Virus record (IMG/VR): IMGVR_UViG_3300029582_000367
Span: 1-28,949 of that record
Source of the DNA: a virus
Taxonomy: Duplodnaviria; Heunggongvirae; Uroviricota; Caudoviricetes
Reading direction: 5' to 3' (one strand)
DNA: 28,949 bases
The translations under genes were made by a program, and so were the position numbers. Numbering within the stretch: position 1 is the stretch's first letter; each line of letters begins with the position of its first letter. This document shows, piece after piece, positions 1 through 8,792 of the stretch. The notes below the pieces were generated by a model that had not been told where the DNA came from, ran no database searches, and saw only the letters and a program-made list of their open reading frames with translations.

Positions 1-489
1 ATGAGCAAAAAGAAAACAAGATGGAACACAAGGCTCATGCATAAGCGGCTTGATGCATTCGTAACTAAGAATCATCGTATTCCGACCAGACGGGAATTAA
101 AAGCGCACAATGGATTACCTGCACCATATATAATTGAGAAGTTCGGTAAGAAGAACTATCGGCTGTGGCTTCAGGCGAGGTATCCTGAGTACGTTTGTGA
201 AAACTGGCAGCTCGACCTTTTGGCAAAGCGTCAGGTATCACGGCGGCGTTGGATTGCACTTTTCCAAAAGGAGTACATGAGAATAAAGCCCACTTCTGGA
301 CGTCAGTACAATGAGAATCGCACTCAAGGGACTCCTACATGGGGAACGATTGCCAAGTATATTGGAGAGGACCACAATAAATGGAATAATCTCAAAACCG
401 TTGCTGGTGTAGAAGGTATTTCCATTCCCCCTAAAGAGAAGCCGAAGACTGAATTCAAGGTATCTGTGTTCGTCGAATTCATTCATTAG
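1..489 (+). CDS. Basic hypothetical protein, 162 aa, possibly DNA-binding
   Basis: ATG-started K/R-rich ORF ending at a bidirectional terminator; upstream RBS lies outside the window. Confidence 0.65.
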   Translation: MSKKKTRWNTRLMHKRLDAFVTKNHRIPTRRELKAHNGLPAPYIIEKFGKKNYRLWLQARYPEYVCENWQLDLLAKRQVSRRRWIALFQKEYMRIKPTSGRQYNENRTQGTPTWGTIAKYIGEDHNKWNNLKTVAGVEGISIPPKEKPKTEFKVSVFVEFIH

Positions 490-492
490 CGC

Positions 493-525
493 AAAAAAAA
501 GGCCACCAATGGTGGCCTTTTTTTT
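493..525. terminator. Bidirectional intrinsic terminator
   Basis: A8-GGCCACC-AAT-GGTGGCC-T8 between convergent genes. Confidence 0.9.
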
Positions 526-757
526 AATTATTCTGAGCTTCTTCCAAAATAGGTGAGACACGTGCAAAGTTTACAGTGCAGCGCTCAGGATTGATACCGT
601 GTTCAGAGAGACCACGCCGAATGATGTTCAGCATGATTTCCGTTGCGGCACCATAGGAGGGCGCTCTCACAGTAAACGTATCCGAGTTCGAAACTGTGTA
701 GCTGAACTCCACCTTGTAGTCCTGCCAGTCACTACGCTTTTCCGCCATCGTCATCAC
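524..757 (-). CDS. Hypothetical protein, 77 aa
   Basis: 4-nt start/stop overlap with the HD gene; GAAGGAG RBS; ends at the terminator. Confidence 0.7.
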   Translation of the reverse strand: MMTMAEKRSDWQDYKVEFSYTVSNSDTFTVRAPSYGAATEIMLNIIRRGLSEHGINPERCTVNFARVSPILEEAQNN

Positions 758-1680
758 TCCTTCGCAGGGATTCCCTGCCGGAGAAGGTTCTCGTCGAGAT
801 ACGTGGCCGTCTCATCTGCACGATGCAGAAGGAAAGCCAGAGGATAGCGCGTGAAGGCAAGAGAGGTGTTCTTGTCTGTGCTGTACTCGCCCATGTGGAA
901 GCGAATCGCAAAGGCCTCCGTAATCGTCAGCCGAATATACCGTTCGATGAGGAACACGGACTTATCGCCGTGGTTGCCGTAAGGCATCTTCTCATCATAG
1001 GTAATCCAAGGCACAGCCTTCCACTGACCGGTCTGGGGGTCTTTCACATTGCGGCTGCCCCACACATAGAAGTTTGCCTTGCAAACATCATGCAGCAGCG
1101 CAGAGATAACGATGCTATCTTCGATAGCGCGTCTCTGCTGGTCATCCAGCGGTGTGCTGTTCCGTTCGACCTCGGAGAAATATGTGTCCTTGAGGCGCAT
1201 ATACACGTTGAGAGAGTGGTCCAGCAGACCGCCGCAATAACTGGAATGATACTTGGCACTGGCAGGAGCCGTGAAAAAGTCCGTTTCCTTAACCAGATAG
1301 TTAATCAGACTTCTCATGCCGGGGCGTTCCGTGCTGATGAGAGCACCGATGAACACCATGGCCTTGGACTCGTACTGCTCGTCGGGCTTCGTGCCGGCGG
1401 GGTCAGCGACGGTAGGACGGTAGTCCCTGCCGTGCGCCATGTACTGCTTGACCGCTTCTGCCGCTGCCCACCTGATGAAATCTTCCAACTTGTCGGGGTC
1501 GCCATTGTTGGCCTGCTCGACAGCACGGGAGAAGGCGTCATAGTCATCGAGAGCAGCTTGGCAGATGTCATCATGGCAGGCGCCCTTTTCAAACTGTCCG
1601 GAAATAGCTATCAACGCAGCGTCAGCACGCTCATAGAGCTTCTGCATCCGCTCGATTTCGGGAGGATAATTGCAGCCCAT
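754..1680 (-). CDS. HD-domain phosphohydrolase with N-terminal extension
   Basis: FFTAPASAKYH..GGLLDHSLNV, LLHDVCK, HGDKS, IRFHMG, LHRAD motifs; AAAGGAG RBS. Confidence 0.88.
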   Translation of the reverse strand: MGCNYPPEIERMQKLYERADAALIAISGQFEKGACHDDICQAALDDYDAFSRAVEQANNGDPDKLEDFIRWAAAEAVKQYMAHGRDYRPTVADPAGTKPDEQYESKAMVFIGALISTERPGMRSLINYLVKETDFFTAPASAKYHSSYCGGLLDHSLNVYMRLKDTYFSEVERNSTPLDDQQRRAIEDSIVISALLHDVCKANFYVWGSRNVKDPQTGQWKAVPWITYDEKMPYGNHGDKSVFLIERYIRLTITEAFAIRFHMGEYSTDKNTSLAFTRYPLAFLLHRADETATYLDENLLRQGIPAKE

Positions 1681-1701
1681 AGTATTTTCTCCTTTCTTAT
1701 T

Positions 1702-2235
1702 TTACTTAGTGACAAGGTCTTCAGCACGGATTGCGCCGGAAGTCCATGCACTCGTGGGAAATGTAATTTCAGGAACTCGTTCCAACATGGCGGCCTTCAG
1801 CGCTTCCTTGTAGCGCTCGAAATGCCGCTTTTGGAAGCCGAGCAGCCTATCATCGTACTGTACTTCTTTCTGCAGCAGCTCAACAGCGAGAGATGTCTCG
1901 TTGTCTTCAACTGCGATGGTGAACAGTTCGTTTTCCATAATCGCACGTCGCGTTCTGGAAATCCACTTCTCTCCCAGCACAGGAGTCATACTCTGAAAGC
2001 GGCGGCTCAAGGCGTCAACGATGCACTCCAGTACATCTTCCTCCTCGTTGGACGAACCTTCTTCGTCGAACAGCCACCGGCAGGTGTCCAGTTCAGAGTA
2101 GGGAATGTCCTTCAGCAAACGAACCTCAGGCTCTTCCTTATCGGGCTCGTCCTCACGATAAACATGGAGGAATTCGTTGGAAATACAGTAAACAGCCTCG
2201 TATGGGCCGCGCACAGATACATTACCTTTACCCAT
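1702..2235 (-). CDS. Acidic hypothetical protein, 177 aa
   Basis: AAAGGAG RBS; co-oriented tight packing. Confidence 0.75.
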   Translation of the reverse strand: MGKGNVSVRGPYEAVYCISNEFLHVYREDEPDKEEPEVRLLKDIPYSELDTCRWLFDEEGSSNEEEDVLECIVDALSRRFQSMTPVLGEKWISRTRRAIMENELFTIAVEDNETSLAVELLQKEVQYDDRLLGFQKRHFERYKEALKAAMLERVPEITFPTSAWTSGAIRAEDLVTK

Positions 2236-2268
2236 GGTTCTTTTCTCCTTTCTTTCTTGCCTGACGGC

Positions 2269-2460
2269 TCAGGCGTGACAGGCGGTGCGGAGCTGGATTT
2301 CCAGCTTCTCCGCATACTCCCGACTGGCGCCGCAAACGCACATCTGCGGGCAAACCAGCGGGTCGTAGTAGTCGCCGCCATCCTTCGGCAGAATCGCCTC
2401 ACGCCCTTCATCAACGCGAATCACGTTGGGACGAGGGCAGTTGTAGCAGGGATTATACAT
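2269..2460 (-). CDS. Small Cys-rich hypothetical protein
   Basis: AAAGGAG RBS; CxxC and CxxxCxC motifs. Confidence 0.65.
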   Translation of the reverse strand: MYNPCYNCPRPNVIRVDEGREAILPKDGGDYYDPLVCPQMCVCGASREYAEKLEIQLRTACHA

Positions 2461-2486
2461 ACTGTTTCTCCTTTCTTTAAGAAGCG

Positions 2487-2777
2487 CTATTTGTGGCGCC
2501 CCGTTTCCTTACGGAACCGAAGAATGCTGAAATAGGCGTCGGCAGGTCGCTGTGGCAGATGCGCCACGGCATTGAATACCTCGTCGATACAGTGAACTGC
2601 GAGTTCGCGTTCCCGTAAAAGCGATGAGAGCATCTCCGCTGCGGCCAGCAGCTCAGTGTCACCAGTGGTGGCACCAAGCTGCTGAATGCGGACGACCATC
2701 ATTTCAGCGTCTTCTTTTTGAATGTGTGAATGTTTCTCCACGAATCGTCCTCCGCAGTTGGGTTCTAAGGTCTCCAC
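2487..2777 (-). CDS. Hypothetical protein (start uncertain)
   Basis: Fills the gap in the operon; GTG start at 2777 or ATG near 2702. Confidence 0.55.
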   Translation of the reverse strand: METLEPNCGGRFVEKHSHIQKEDAEMMVVRIQQLGATTGDTELLAAAEMLSSLLRERELAVHCIDEVFNAVAHLPQRPADAYFSILRFRKETGRHK

Positions 2778-3016
2778 GGCGCAGCGCGAAGCTCGTCGTT
2801 AATTTGCTTGACGGTCTTTTCCTGCCAACGATTGACACGCTTCATCTTTGTCAGCTCATAGTCTCCGACCTGATGCAGTGTGACACCGTGGGTGCCGAAG
2901 TGCAGCCACTTACCCTGCGAAAGCATCACAGTATGGCCTTTTCCGATCTCCTGCAGCCGCTTCTTCGCGGTTGCAACCATGCCGGACGTGACAATGCTCT
3001 TAGGCCGCCCAGCCAT
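2765..3016 (-). CDS. Basic hypothetical protein, 83 aa
   Basis: TAATG overlap with the upstream gene. Confidence 0.65.
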   Translation of the reverse strand: MAGRPKSIVTSGMVATAKKRLQEIGKGHTVMLSQGKWLHFGTHGVTLHQVGDYELTKMKRVNRWQEKTVKQINDELRAAPWRP

Positions 3017-3573
3017 TACTGATACCTCTGAGGACGGTACTCACAGAGTCCCTGTTCAGGGTCCCATTTGCTGGGAGGAAGTTCCTCATAGCAAATACCG
3101 GTCTTCTTGCTGGTAATCTTGATGGGATAGGGGAGAGAGGCGTTATCCTCGTCATAGCACGCGATGTCAATGTCGATGCTGCGGATTTCCGTCCTGTAGG
3201 GCGAAAACTTGTTGCCAAGCTCCTTCTTGAGATGTGCAACAAGCGCATCATGGAGGTCCTCGAAGGGAATCGACAGGTCGGCGACGACAGGATACCACGG
3301 GAAGTCCTTCAGCCGATAGGTCTGGCTCACCAATGTGCCATCCTTCGTCCAGTAATGGACGTGAGGCAGCAGGTGGTCAGGATTTTCGGCGATAAACTTC
3401 CGGTTCCACTCTACGACCAAGTCGTAAATGTCCTTGCCGTCAAAGACACCATAGGTCTCGTAGCACGGCTCACAGATGAACGTCCCGTCGGGACAAGCGA
3501 CATAGCCCTTGCGGTCGGCGCGGAGGTTCTTGGTGTTGTTTGTATCGGCAAACAGCCAAGAGAAGCTACCCAT
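3016..3573 (-). CDS. Hypothetical protein, 185 aa
   Basis: RBS-like GGGGGTGTGAGG; tight operon packing. Confidence 0.75.
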   Translation of the reverse strand: MGSFSWLFADTNNTKNLRADRKGYVACPDGTFICEPCYETYGVFDGKDIYDLVVEWNRKFIAENPDHLLPHVHYWTKDGTLVSQTYRLKDFPWYPVVADLSIPFEDLHDALVAHLKKELGNKFSPYRTEIRSIDIDIACYDEDNASLPYPIKITSKKTGICYEELPPSKWDPEQGLCEYRPQRYQ

Positions 3574-3576
3574 ACC

Positions 3577-4023
3577 TCACACCCCCTCCATCTCAATGCA
3601 GGGGACAGGGTACATCACCGCTGTACCGCAGTTGGGGCAGCAATCGGGCATATCGCCGGTATCGCTGCACACCAGTTCTTCGCCACAGATGCCGCAGCGG
3701 AAAACACCGTCGTCAGTGCGGTCAGCGACGGAAAGCCCCCTGAAGAAGTAGCTTTCCAGAGCTTCCATCAGCTCCTCAAAGGTCAGCTCGATGTCCTCCA
3801 CCAAGTAGACCTTACCGTCAGGCGTACCGATGGTGACGCCGTGGACGTACTCTCCGTTCTCAGGACACATCCTGCAGTCGGAGAACCAGTCCTTATACAG
3901 CGCCTTGGCATCCGCCGTGACAGTGGCGTAAGAGTTGTCCATGCGTTCAAAAGTGAAGCGCACGTCAACGGACTCGGCAGACCAGTGGGTCTTAACCGTA
4001 GCGAGAGCAAGTTTCAATTCCAT
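3577..4023 (-). CDS. Hypothetical protein with C-terminal zinc ribbon
   Basis: CGIC...CPNCG motif; start set to ATG at 4023 after GAAGGAG. Confidence 0.75.
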   Translation of the reverse strand: MELKLALATVKTHWSAESVDVRFTFERMDNSYATVTADAKALYKDWFSDCRMCPENGEYVHGVTIGTPDGKVYLVEDIELTFEELMEALESYFFRGLSVADRTDDGVFRCGICGEELVCSDTGDMPDCCPNCGTAVMYPVPCIEMEGV

Positions 4024-4046
4024 GTTGATTTCTCCTTCCAAAAAAA

Positions 4047-4448
4047 TCAGACTTCGAAAGTGTCGAGCAGCTTTTCACTGGAGACAATGTCGAGAACCTG
4101 CTTCTGCAGCTTCTGCTTGATAGCAGGCCAGTGGCGCAGCAAAGCGACGCCGGCGGACGTATAGGTATCGAAACTACAGGTCCTGCCGAACTCATCCGAT
4201 GAGGTACTCAGCAGACTCAGACCGAGATTACCGGTGCGACCGCTGATGTGGTCGCCGATGTGGTCTTTGTAAACCGACAGATGGTATTCCGCCTCACGAT
4301 AAGGAGGCGTAGGATACTGCCGTTCTTCACCGAAATCCACAGTGATGCTGCTGCCGTGCAGATACGGGCAAATCTCAGATTTGATGTAGGCATCAATTTT
4401 CTCGATGTTTGCCCGCAGCTTTTTCTTCTCTTCCTGATTGAGAGTCAT
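4047..4448 (-). CDS. Hypothetical protein, 133 aa
   Basis: AAAGGAG RBS. Confidence 0.75.
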   Translation of the reverse strand: MTLNQEEKKKLRANIEKIDAYIKSEICPYLHGSSITVDFGEERQYPTPPYREAEYHLSVYKDHIGDHISGRTGNLGLSLLSTSSDEFGRTCSFDTYTSAGVALLRHWPAIKQKLQKQVLDIVSSEKLLDTFEV

Positions 4449-4475
4449 GTTATACTCCTTTCTTTTTTTTGCTGG

Positions 4476-4513
4476 AAAAGCGGGGTCTCGAAATGTATCG
4501 AGACCCCGCCTTT
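4476..4513 (-). terminator. Intrinsic terminator-like hairpin after ssb
   Basis: Minus strand GCGGGGTCTCGA-TACATT-TCGAGACCCCGC-TTTT. Confidence 0.7.
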
Positions 4514-4548
4514 CACTTGCCTTACAGATTTGCGGGGGAGTGGCGGAA

Positions 4549-5499
4549 TCAGAACGGCAGGTCGCTGTCGTCGATACCGTTCAGCTCATAGAAGCCGTTG
4601 GGGGCAGGCTGACCGTAGTTCATCGGCTGCTGACCCTGCTGCTGAGGCGCGGGAGCGGGCTGACCCTGCTGAGGCATAGCCTGCTGCTGGGGAGCGTAAC
4701 CGCCCTGAGGAGCCTGCTGAGGTGCAGGCTGCTGATAGCCATTGGCAGCGGGAGCGCCGAAGGAAGACTGATAGCCCTGAGGAGCCTGCTGCTGGGCATT
4801 GGGGTCCATGCAGGAGCCGCTGTTGCGTTCACGGAGCAGAGTGAAGTCACTGACCGTGATGTTCAGGCTCTTGGCAGGCGTTCCGTCATTGCGCTTGTAC
4901 TCCTGAATCTTTGCAGAGCCGGAAATCATCAGCACAGGATTGTTGTGTTTGCCGGTAGCGACCATGTTCAGGAAGCGCTCGGCGACCTTCTCCCACATAG
5001 AGCAGTTGGCCCACACCACACCCTTTTCATTGGGAACCAGCGTACCCTGACCGAAGACACGGTCCAGAGTGTTCTGGCGGCCCTGAATGGGCATAGAGAA
5101 GTTGATGTAGGGCTTGCCCTCGCTGGTGTACTTCATCTGGGAGCAACGGGTGACAGCACACTCGAAGTCCACATAGATGAAGGGCTTACCGTCGGAGGTC
5201 ACAGCATTGGTGAAATGACCGTAGGTGATGAACTGACGGCCCTGCTGCTGACCCTGCGCGGGAGCACCCTGCTGCGGATAGCCGCCCTGCTGGGGCGCAG
5301 GCTGGCCCTGAGGCATACCCTGCTGAGGATACCCACCCTGAGCATAGCCCTGAGGGGCCGGCTGCTGGGGAGGATAGCCGTAGGCGGGCTGACCCTGCGG
5401 AGCGCCGTACTGAGGCTGCGCGGGATACTGGCCCTGCGCCTGAGGATACCCATACTGAGGAGCCTGCTGCATACCACCGTTGTTGTTCTGATAAGACAT
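4549..5499 (-). CDS. ssb: Single-stranded DNA-binding protein with long Q/P/G/Y-rich N- and C-terminal regions
   Basis: OB-fold-like core ([41 protein letters not shown]); acidic tail DDSDLPF; ATG at 5499 with AAAGGAG. Confidence 0.82.
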   Translation of the reverse strand: MSYQNNNGGMQQAPQYGYPQAQGQYPAQPQYGAPQGQPAYGYPPQQPAPQGYAQGGYPQQGMPQGQPAPQQGGYPQQGAPAQGQQQGRQFITYGHFTNAVTSDGKPFIYVDFECAVTRCSQMKYTSEGKPYINFSMPIQGRQNTLDRVFGQGTLVPNEKGVVWANCSMWEKVAERFLNMVATGKHNNPVLMISGSAKIQEYKRNDGTPAKSLNITVSDFTLLRERNSGSCMDPNAQQQAPQGYQSSFGAPAANGYQQPAPQQAPQGGYAPQQQAMPQQGQPAPAPQQQGQQPMNYGQPAPNGFYELNGIDDSDLPF

Positions 5500-5589
5500 A
5501 ATTTTCTCCTTTCTTCCGCACGAAGGCGGACCAAATCCTGACAAATGTTGATTTTTGGGGTGTCAGGAAATGGCATATTTGATGTATTT

Positions 5590-5731
5590 ATATATTAAAA
5601 AAGACAGCTATCCCGTAATTGGGATAACTGTCTTTAATAATTAGGGTGACTTGAAAACGGAGATAAATCTCCTTTATAAAAATAGCTTCGTAATTATAAT
5701 TCTATACTACCACAGTTTGATATTTTGTCAA
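5590..5731 (-). repeat. Copy 1 of ~140 bp promoter-leader-terminator module
   Basis: Near-identical to 13749-13890 and 23788-23929; minus-strand TTGACA-16nt-TAGTAT with TGTG extended -10, GGAGA/TCTCC hairpin, AAAGACAGTTATCCC/GGGATAGCTGTCTTTTTT terminator. Confidence 0.92.
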
Positions 5732-5773
5732 GTTCTTGCGAGAGGCAAAATTGCAGAGAATTTTCGATGATTC

Positions 5774-5802
5774 TTGCACTGATGAAATCTTCCTGTTATA
5801 AT
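5774..5802 (+). promoter_or_regulatory. Sigma-A type promoter for the plus-strand gene
   Basis: TTGCAC-17nt-TATAAT with TGn extension. Confidence 0.75.
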
Positions 5803-5833
5803 TCGTAGTATACTGAAGGGGGAGGTATTGCAC

Positions 5834-6388
5834 ATGGGGGCTATGTATGAAAAACTATCAGTGGGGGATAGGGTTCCGGAATACCTCACAAACGACATTT
5901 TGATTCGAATGGACTATGATAGTGTTTCTGGGTGGAAACTTATAATTGGCTTTCCCGAAATGAGAAAGGATGAAAATGATTCATTCATCAAGGGAAGTTT
6001 GATGACAACTTTAGCTGTTATCAAAGATACACCTTTCTTCTTGTTCTCATTTGATGCTGGTCCGTGGATGGACACTCCCTTTGACCCTCGCATCAACCCG
6101 ACTCTTCCGCCATTTGAAGAAATAGAAGAGGAGGGCGTTGGATGCAGCCTCATCATTGTGTCTGTGGACACGAAATACGGCGAAATCTTGGGCTTCAGGC
6201 AGGTCGGCCTAAGCCACACCCTGAGCAACAAAATACTCCGAACAATGCGTGAGTTCCAGCTTCGCCCGCCCATCTCGCGGGAACAGTACAGACGAAACAT
6301 AGATGCAGCATACAGCGTGTATGCAAGCTCTGAGGAAATGCTCCGGACGGTACATCCTAATGATGTGTTTGCCGTTGTAAGGACTTAA
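5834..6388 (+). CDS. Hypothetical protein, ~184 aa
   Basis: GGAGG 8 nt before ATG 5834; own promoter and terminator. Confidence 0.8.
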   Translation: MGAMYEKLSVGDRVPEYLTNDILIRMDYDSVSGWKLIIGFPEMRKDENDSFIKGSLMTTLAVIKDTPFFLFSFDAGPWMDTPFDPRINPTLPPFEEIEEEGVGCSLIIVSVDTKYGEILGFRQVGLSHTLSNKILRTMREFQLRPPISREQYRRNIDAAYSVYASSEEMLRTVHPNDVFAVVRT

Positions 6389-6398
6389 ATGATTTCAT

Positions 6399-6433
6399 AA
6401 AAAAAAAGCAGGGCGCTTATGCGCCCTGCTTTT
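6399..6433. terminator. Bidirectional terminator
   Basis: A9-GCAGGGCGC-TTAT-GCGCCCTGC-T4; the recD2 stop codon lies in the loop. Confidence 0.85.
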
Positions 6434-8684
6434 GCTCGTCAGCAGCAAATTCATGGAGTTCGGTGTAGAGCCAGTCGCCCAGCATCGTATACCGCTTATC
6501 CGTTTTGTTGTTCAGAATAGCCTTTGTCAAGGCTTCGACACGACCGACCATGATAACACAGTCCTTTGCACGGGTAATGCCGGTATAGACCAGATTGCGC
6601 CGCAGCATAGCCTTGTGCTCAGGTGATACGACCATGATAACGATGGAATACTCAGAGCCTTGACTCTTATGCACCGTGGTACAGTAAGCCAAGTCAACAT
6701 TTTCCATCTGTTCAGCATCGTACCGAACCAGATTACCGTCGTCATTGAACTCAATGGTAACGATATCTGTCTTTTTGTTCGGGTCGTCCTTGTCAGCTTC
6801 AAAAGAAATGGAGTGAATCACACCGATGTCGCCATTCTTGGCGAAGTCGGTGTTTTTCGTCTGCATCACTCTGTCGCCTTCACGGAACAGCTTGCTGTTG
6901 AAGATAGCGAAGTTCTTTGTGGGAGATGCGGGGTTGATGCGCTCCTGCAGCAGCTTATTGAAGCGGTTCACATTCAGTGCGCTCTTGTGCCGATAGGGGC
7001 AGAGGAGAGCGACGTTGGAAGCGCCCTTTGCGCGGATAGACTTCTCGTAGAGTTCGCATACAGCTTCCTCAATGCGGGCAGGGTCTCCGGTACGGTCTTC
7101 CATAAACATGAACTGCTTTTTAGCATAATGCAGGTTTACGTCACCGTGACGCATCTTCTGCGCGTTTTCCACGATGGGATTTCCCTGAGCCTGTCGGTAG
7201 ATGACATTCAGCTTGGTGACAGGCACCATACCGCTGCGAATCATCTCATACAGCACGTTGCCAGCACCGACAGAAGGGAGCTGTTCAGGGTCTCCAACGA
7301 ACACGACTCTGGTGCGCCCCGGAATCTTCTGCAGCAGGTTGTATGCTACGAAAGAGTCCATCATGGAGCATTCGTCGATGATGAAGATATTGCCGAACAG
7401 GGGCCCATCACAATCACAGCCGCCCACACAGTCATCACCACGCAGTCCGATGGCGGAATGGATGGTAGACGCCTCCACACCGGTCTGCTCCGTCATACGA
7501 CGGGCGGCACGGCCAGTGGGAGCCAGTAGGCAGGGGAGTGAGTTATCCTCACCGAAAAGCTCCTTATGGACGTACAGAACGGCCTTTGTGACGGTCGTCT
7601 TGCCCGTGCCCGGACCGCCGGTGATGATAGTGACGGGGTTCTGGAAGCAACTGATAACAGCCTCTTTTTGCTTTTCAGCGAGGGTGATGTCGTTGTCTTC
7701 CTGATATGCCTGTAATGCTCGGTTAATCTTCTCTGTAGAGACAGGCTTATTGCTTTTCATGAGCCGCTTGATATGGCGGCTGATACCGTATTCCTGCTCA
7801 AATCGGCTGGCAGAATACAGCATGGGACCGGCCAAACGAAGGTCCTTACGCAGACAGGCGGCGTTGATAGCGCCCTTACAGATTTCTTCTGTAACGCCCT
7901 TGGTCCGGACATTCTTGTTGGCTACTCTCGCCATCATAGCAGGCAGTTCAATAGCAGGGACACACATATGACCGGCGGATGCCGCCAAGTCCATAGTGTA
8001 CCGCAGCGCCTCACGGAGACGTGCAGGATTGTCGATAGCAACGCCCTGTTCCAGAGCGAAGCTGTCCACCATATCAAAGGAGAACCCCTTGACCTCGCAG
8101 ACACGGTACGTGTCGTGCTTGAGGATATCCACCACGTCTTCATCGGGAAAAGCCTTCAGCAGTGTTTGTACCTTCCGAAGAGAGAGGTTTGCATTGCGGA
8201 GAAGTCTGGTGACTTCACGCTCTTTCTTCGTCTCGCTCAGTGCGACCTTCAGTTTATCGACCATTTTCTTGGAAACGTAACGGCGTCCGTACTTGACACC
8301 AATCAACCGTTCAGGCTGATTGTCCAGCACGTCCCACGTAATGTCTCCAAACGTCTTCCAAACTGCTTCCGCAGCGGCGGGGCCGAACCCGCAGCGCAGG
8401 CTCGACAGGTACGATATTGTGGCGTCCTTGGTTTTCTTGAGCTGGTACTCAAAAGACTCGACCTTGAAAGATGTGCCGTATTTACTACCCACAGACCAGT
8501 AACCAGTCATAGTGATGACTGTGTTCCGGTTGATGTTACGGTCTTCCGCATAGGGGAGGCCGTCGCCAGTGGCAACAAACGTCACATCATTCTGGGTATT
8601 CTGGCACTTAATGACCTTCCAACCGTCTTTCTCATACAGCCGATAGATAGGAACGCAGGTGATTGTTTCAAGATTCTTGCTCAT
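6417..8684 (-). CDS. recD2: RecD2-like SF1B ATP-dependent DNA helicase (alternative in-frame start at 8735)
   Basis: Walker A GGPGTGKT, LAPTGRAA, TIH, IIDECSM, VGDPEQLPSVGAG, YRQ, TVHKSQGSEY, YTGITRAK; N-terminal HhH-like region. Confidence 0.93.
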   Translation of the reverse strand: MSKNLETITCVPIYRLYEKDGWKVIKCQNTQNDVTFVATGDGLPYAEDRNINRNTVITMTGYWSVGSKYGTSFKVESFEYQLKKTKDATISYLSSLRCGFGPAAAEAVWKTFGDITWDVLDNQPERLIGVKYGRRYVSKKMVDKLKVALSETKKEREVTRLLRNANLSLRKVQTLLKAFPDEDVVDILKHDTYRVCEVKGFSFDMVDSFALEQGVAIDNPARLREALRYTMDLAASAGHMCVPAIELPAMMARVANKNVRTKGVTEEICKGAINAACLRKDLRLAGPMLYSASRFEQEYGISRHIKRLMKSNKPVSTEKINRALQAYQEDNDITLAEKQKEAVISCFQNPVTIITGGPGTGKTTVTKAVLYVHKELFGEDNSLPCLLAPTGRAARRMTEQTGVEASTIHSAIGLRGDDCVGGCDCDGPLFGNIFIIDECSMMDSFVAYNLLQKIPGRTRVVFVGDPEQLPSVGAGNVLYEMIRSGMVPVTKLNVIYRQAQGNPIVENAQKMRHGDVNLHYAKKQFMFMEDRTGDPARIEEAVCELYEKSIRAKGASNVALLCPYRHKSALNVNRFNKLLQERINPASPTKNFAIFNSKLFREGDRVMQTKNTDFAKNGDIGVIHSISFEADKDDPNKKTDIVTIEFNDDGNLVRYDAEQMENVDLAYCTTVHKSQGSEYSIVIMVVSPEHKAMLRRNLVYTGITRAKDCVIMVGRVEALTKAILNNKTDKRYTMLGDWLYTELHEFAADEQKQGA

Positions 8685-8792
8685 CACGCACGCGCTCCTT
8701 TCAGGGGAGGCGGCGAATGGGATTACAACGGCCATGTCGCCGGCCTCCTTTATAATTTATTTCTGATGATAAACTACTTTTTCCTGAAAGGG

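Noticed and set aside
4600..5480. ctgctg/ccctgagg micro-repeats as a DNA repeat array
   Set aside because: Explained by the Q/P/G low-complexity coding of SSB
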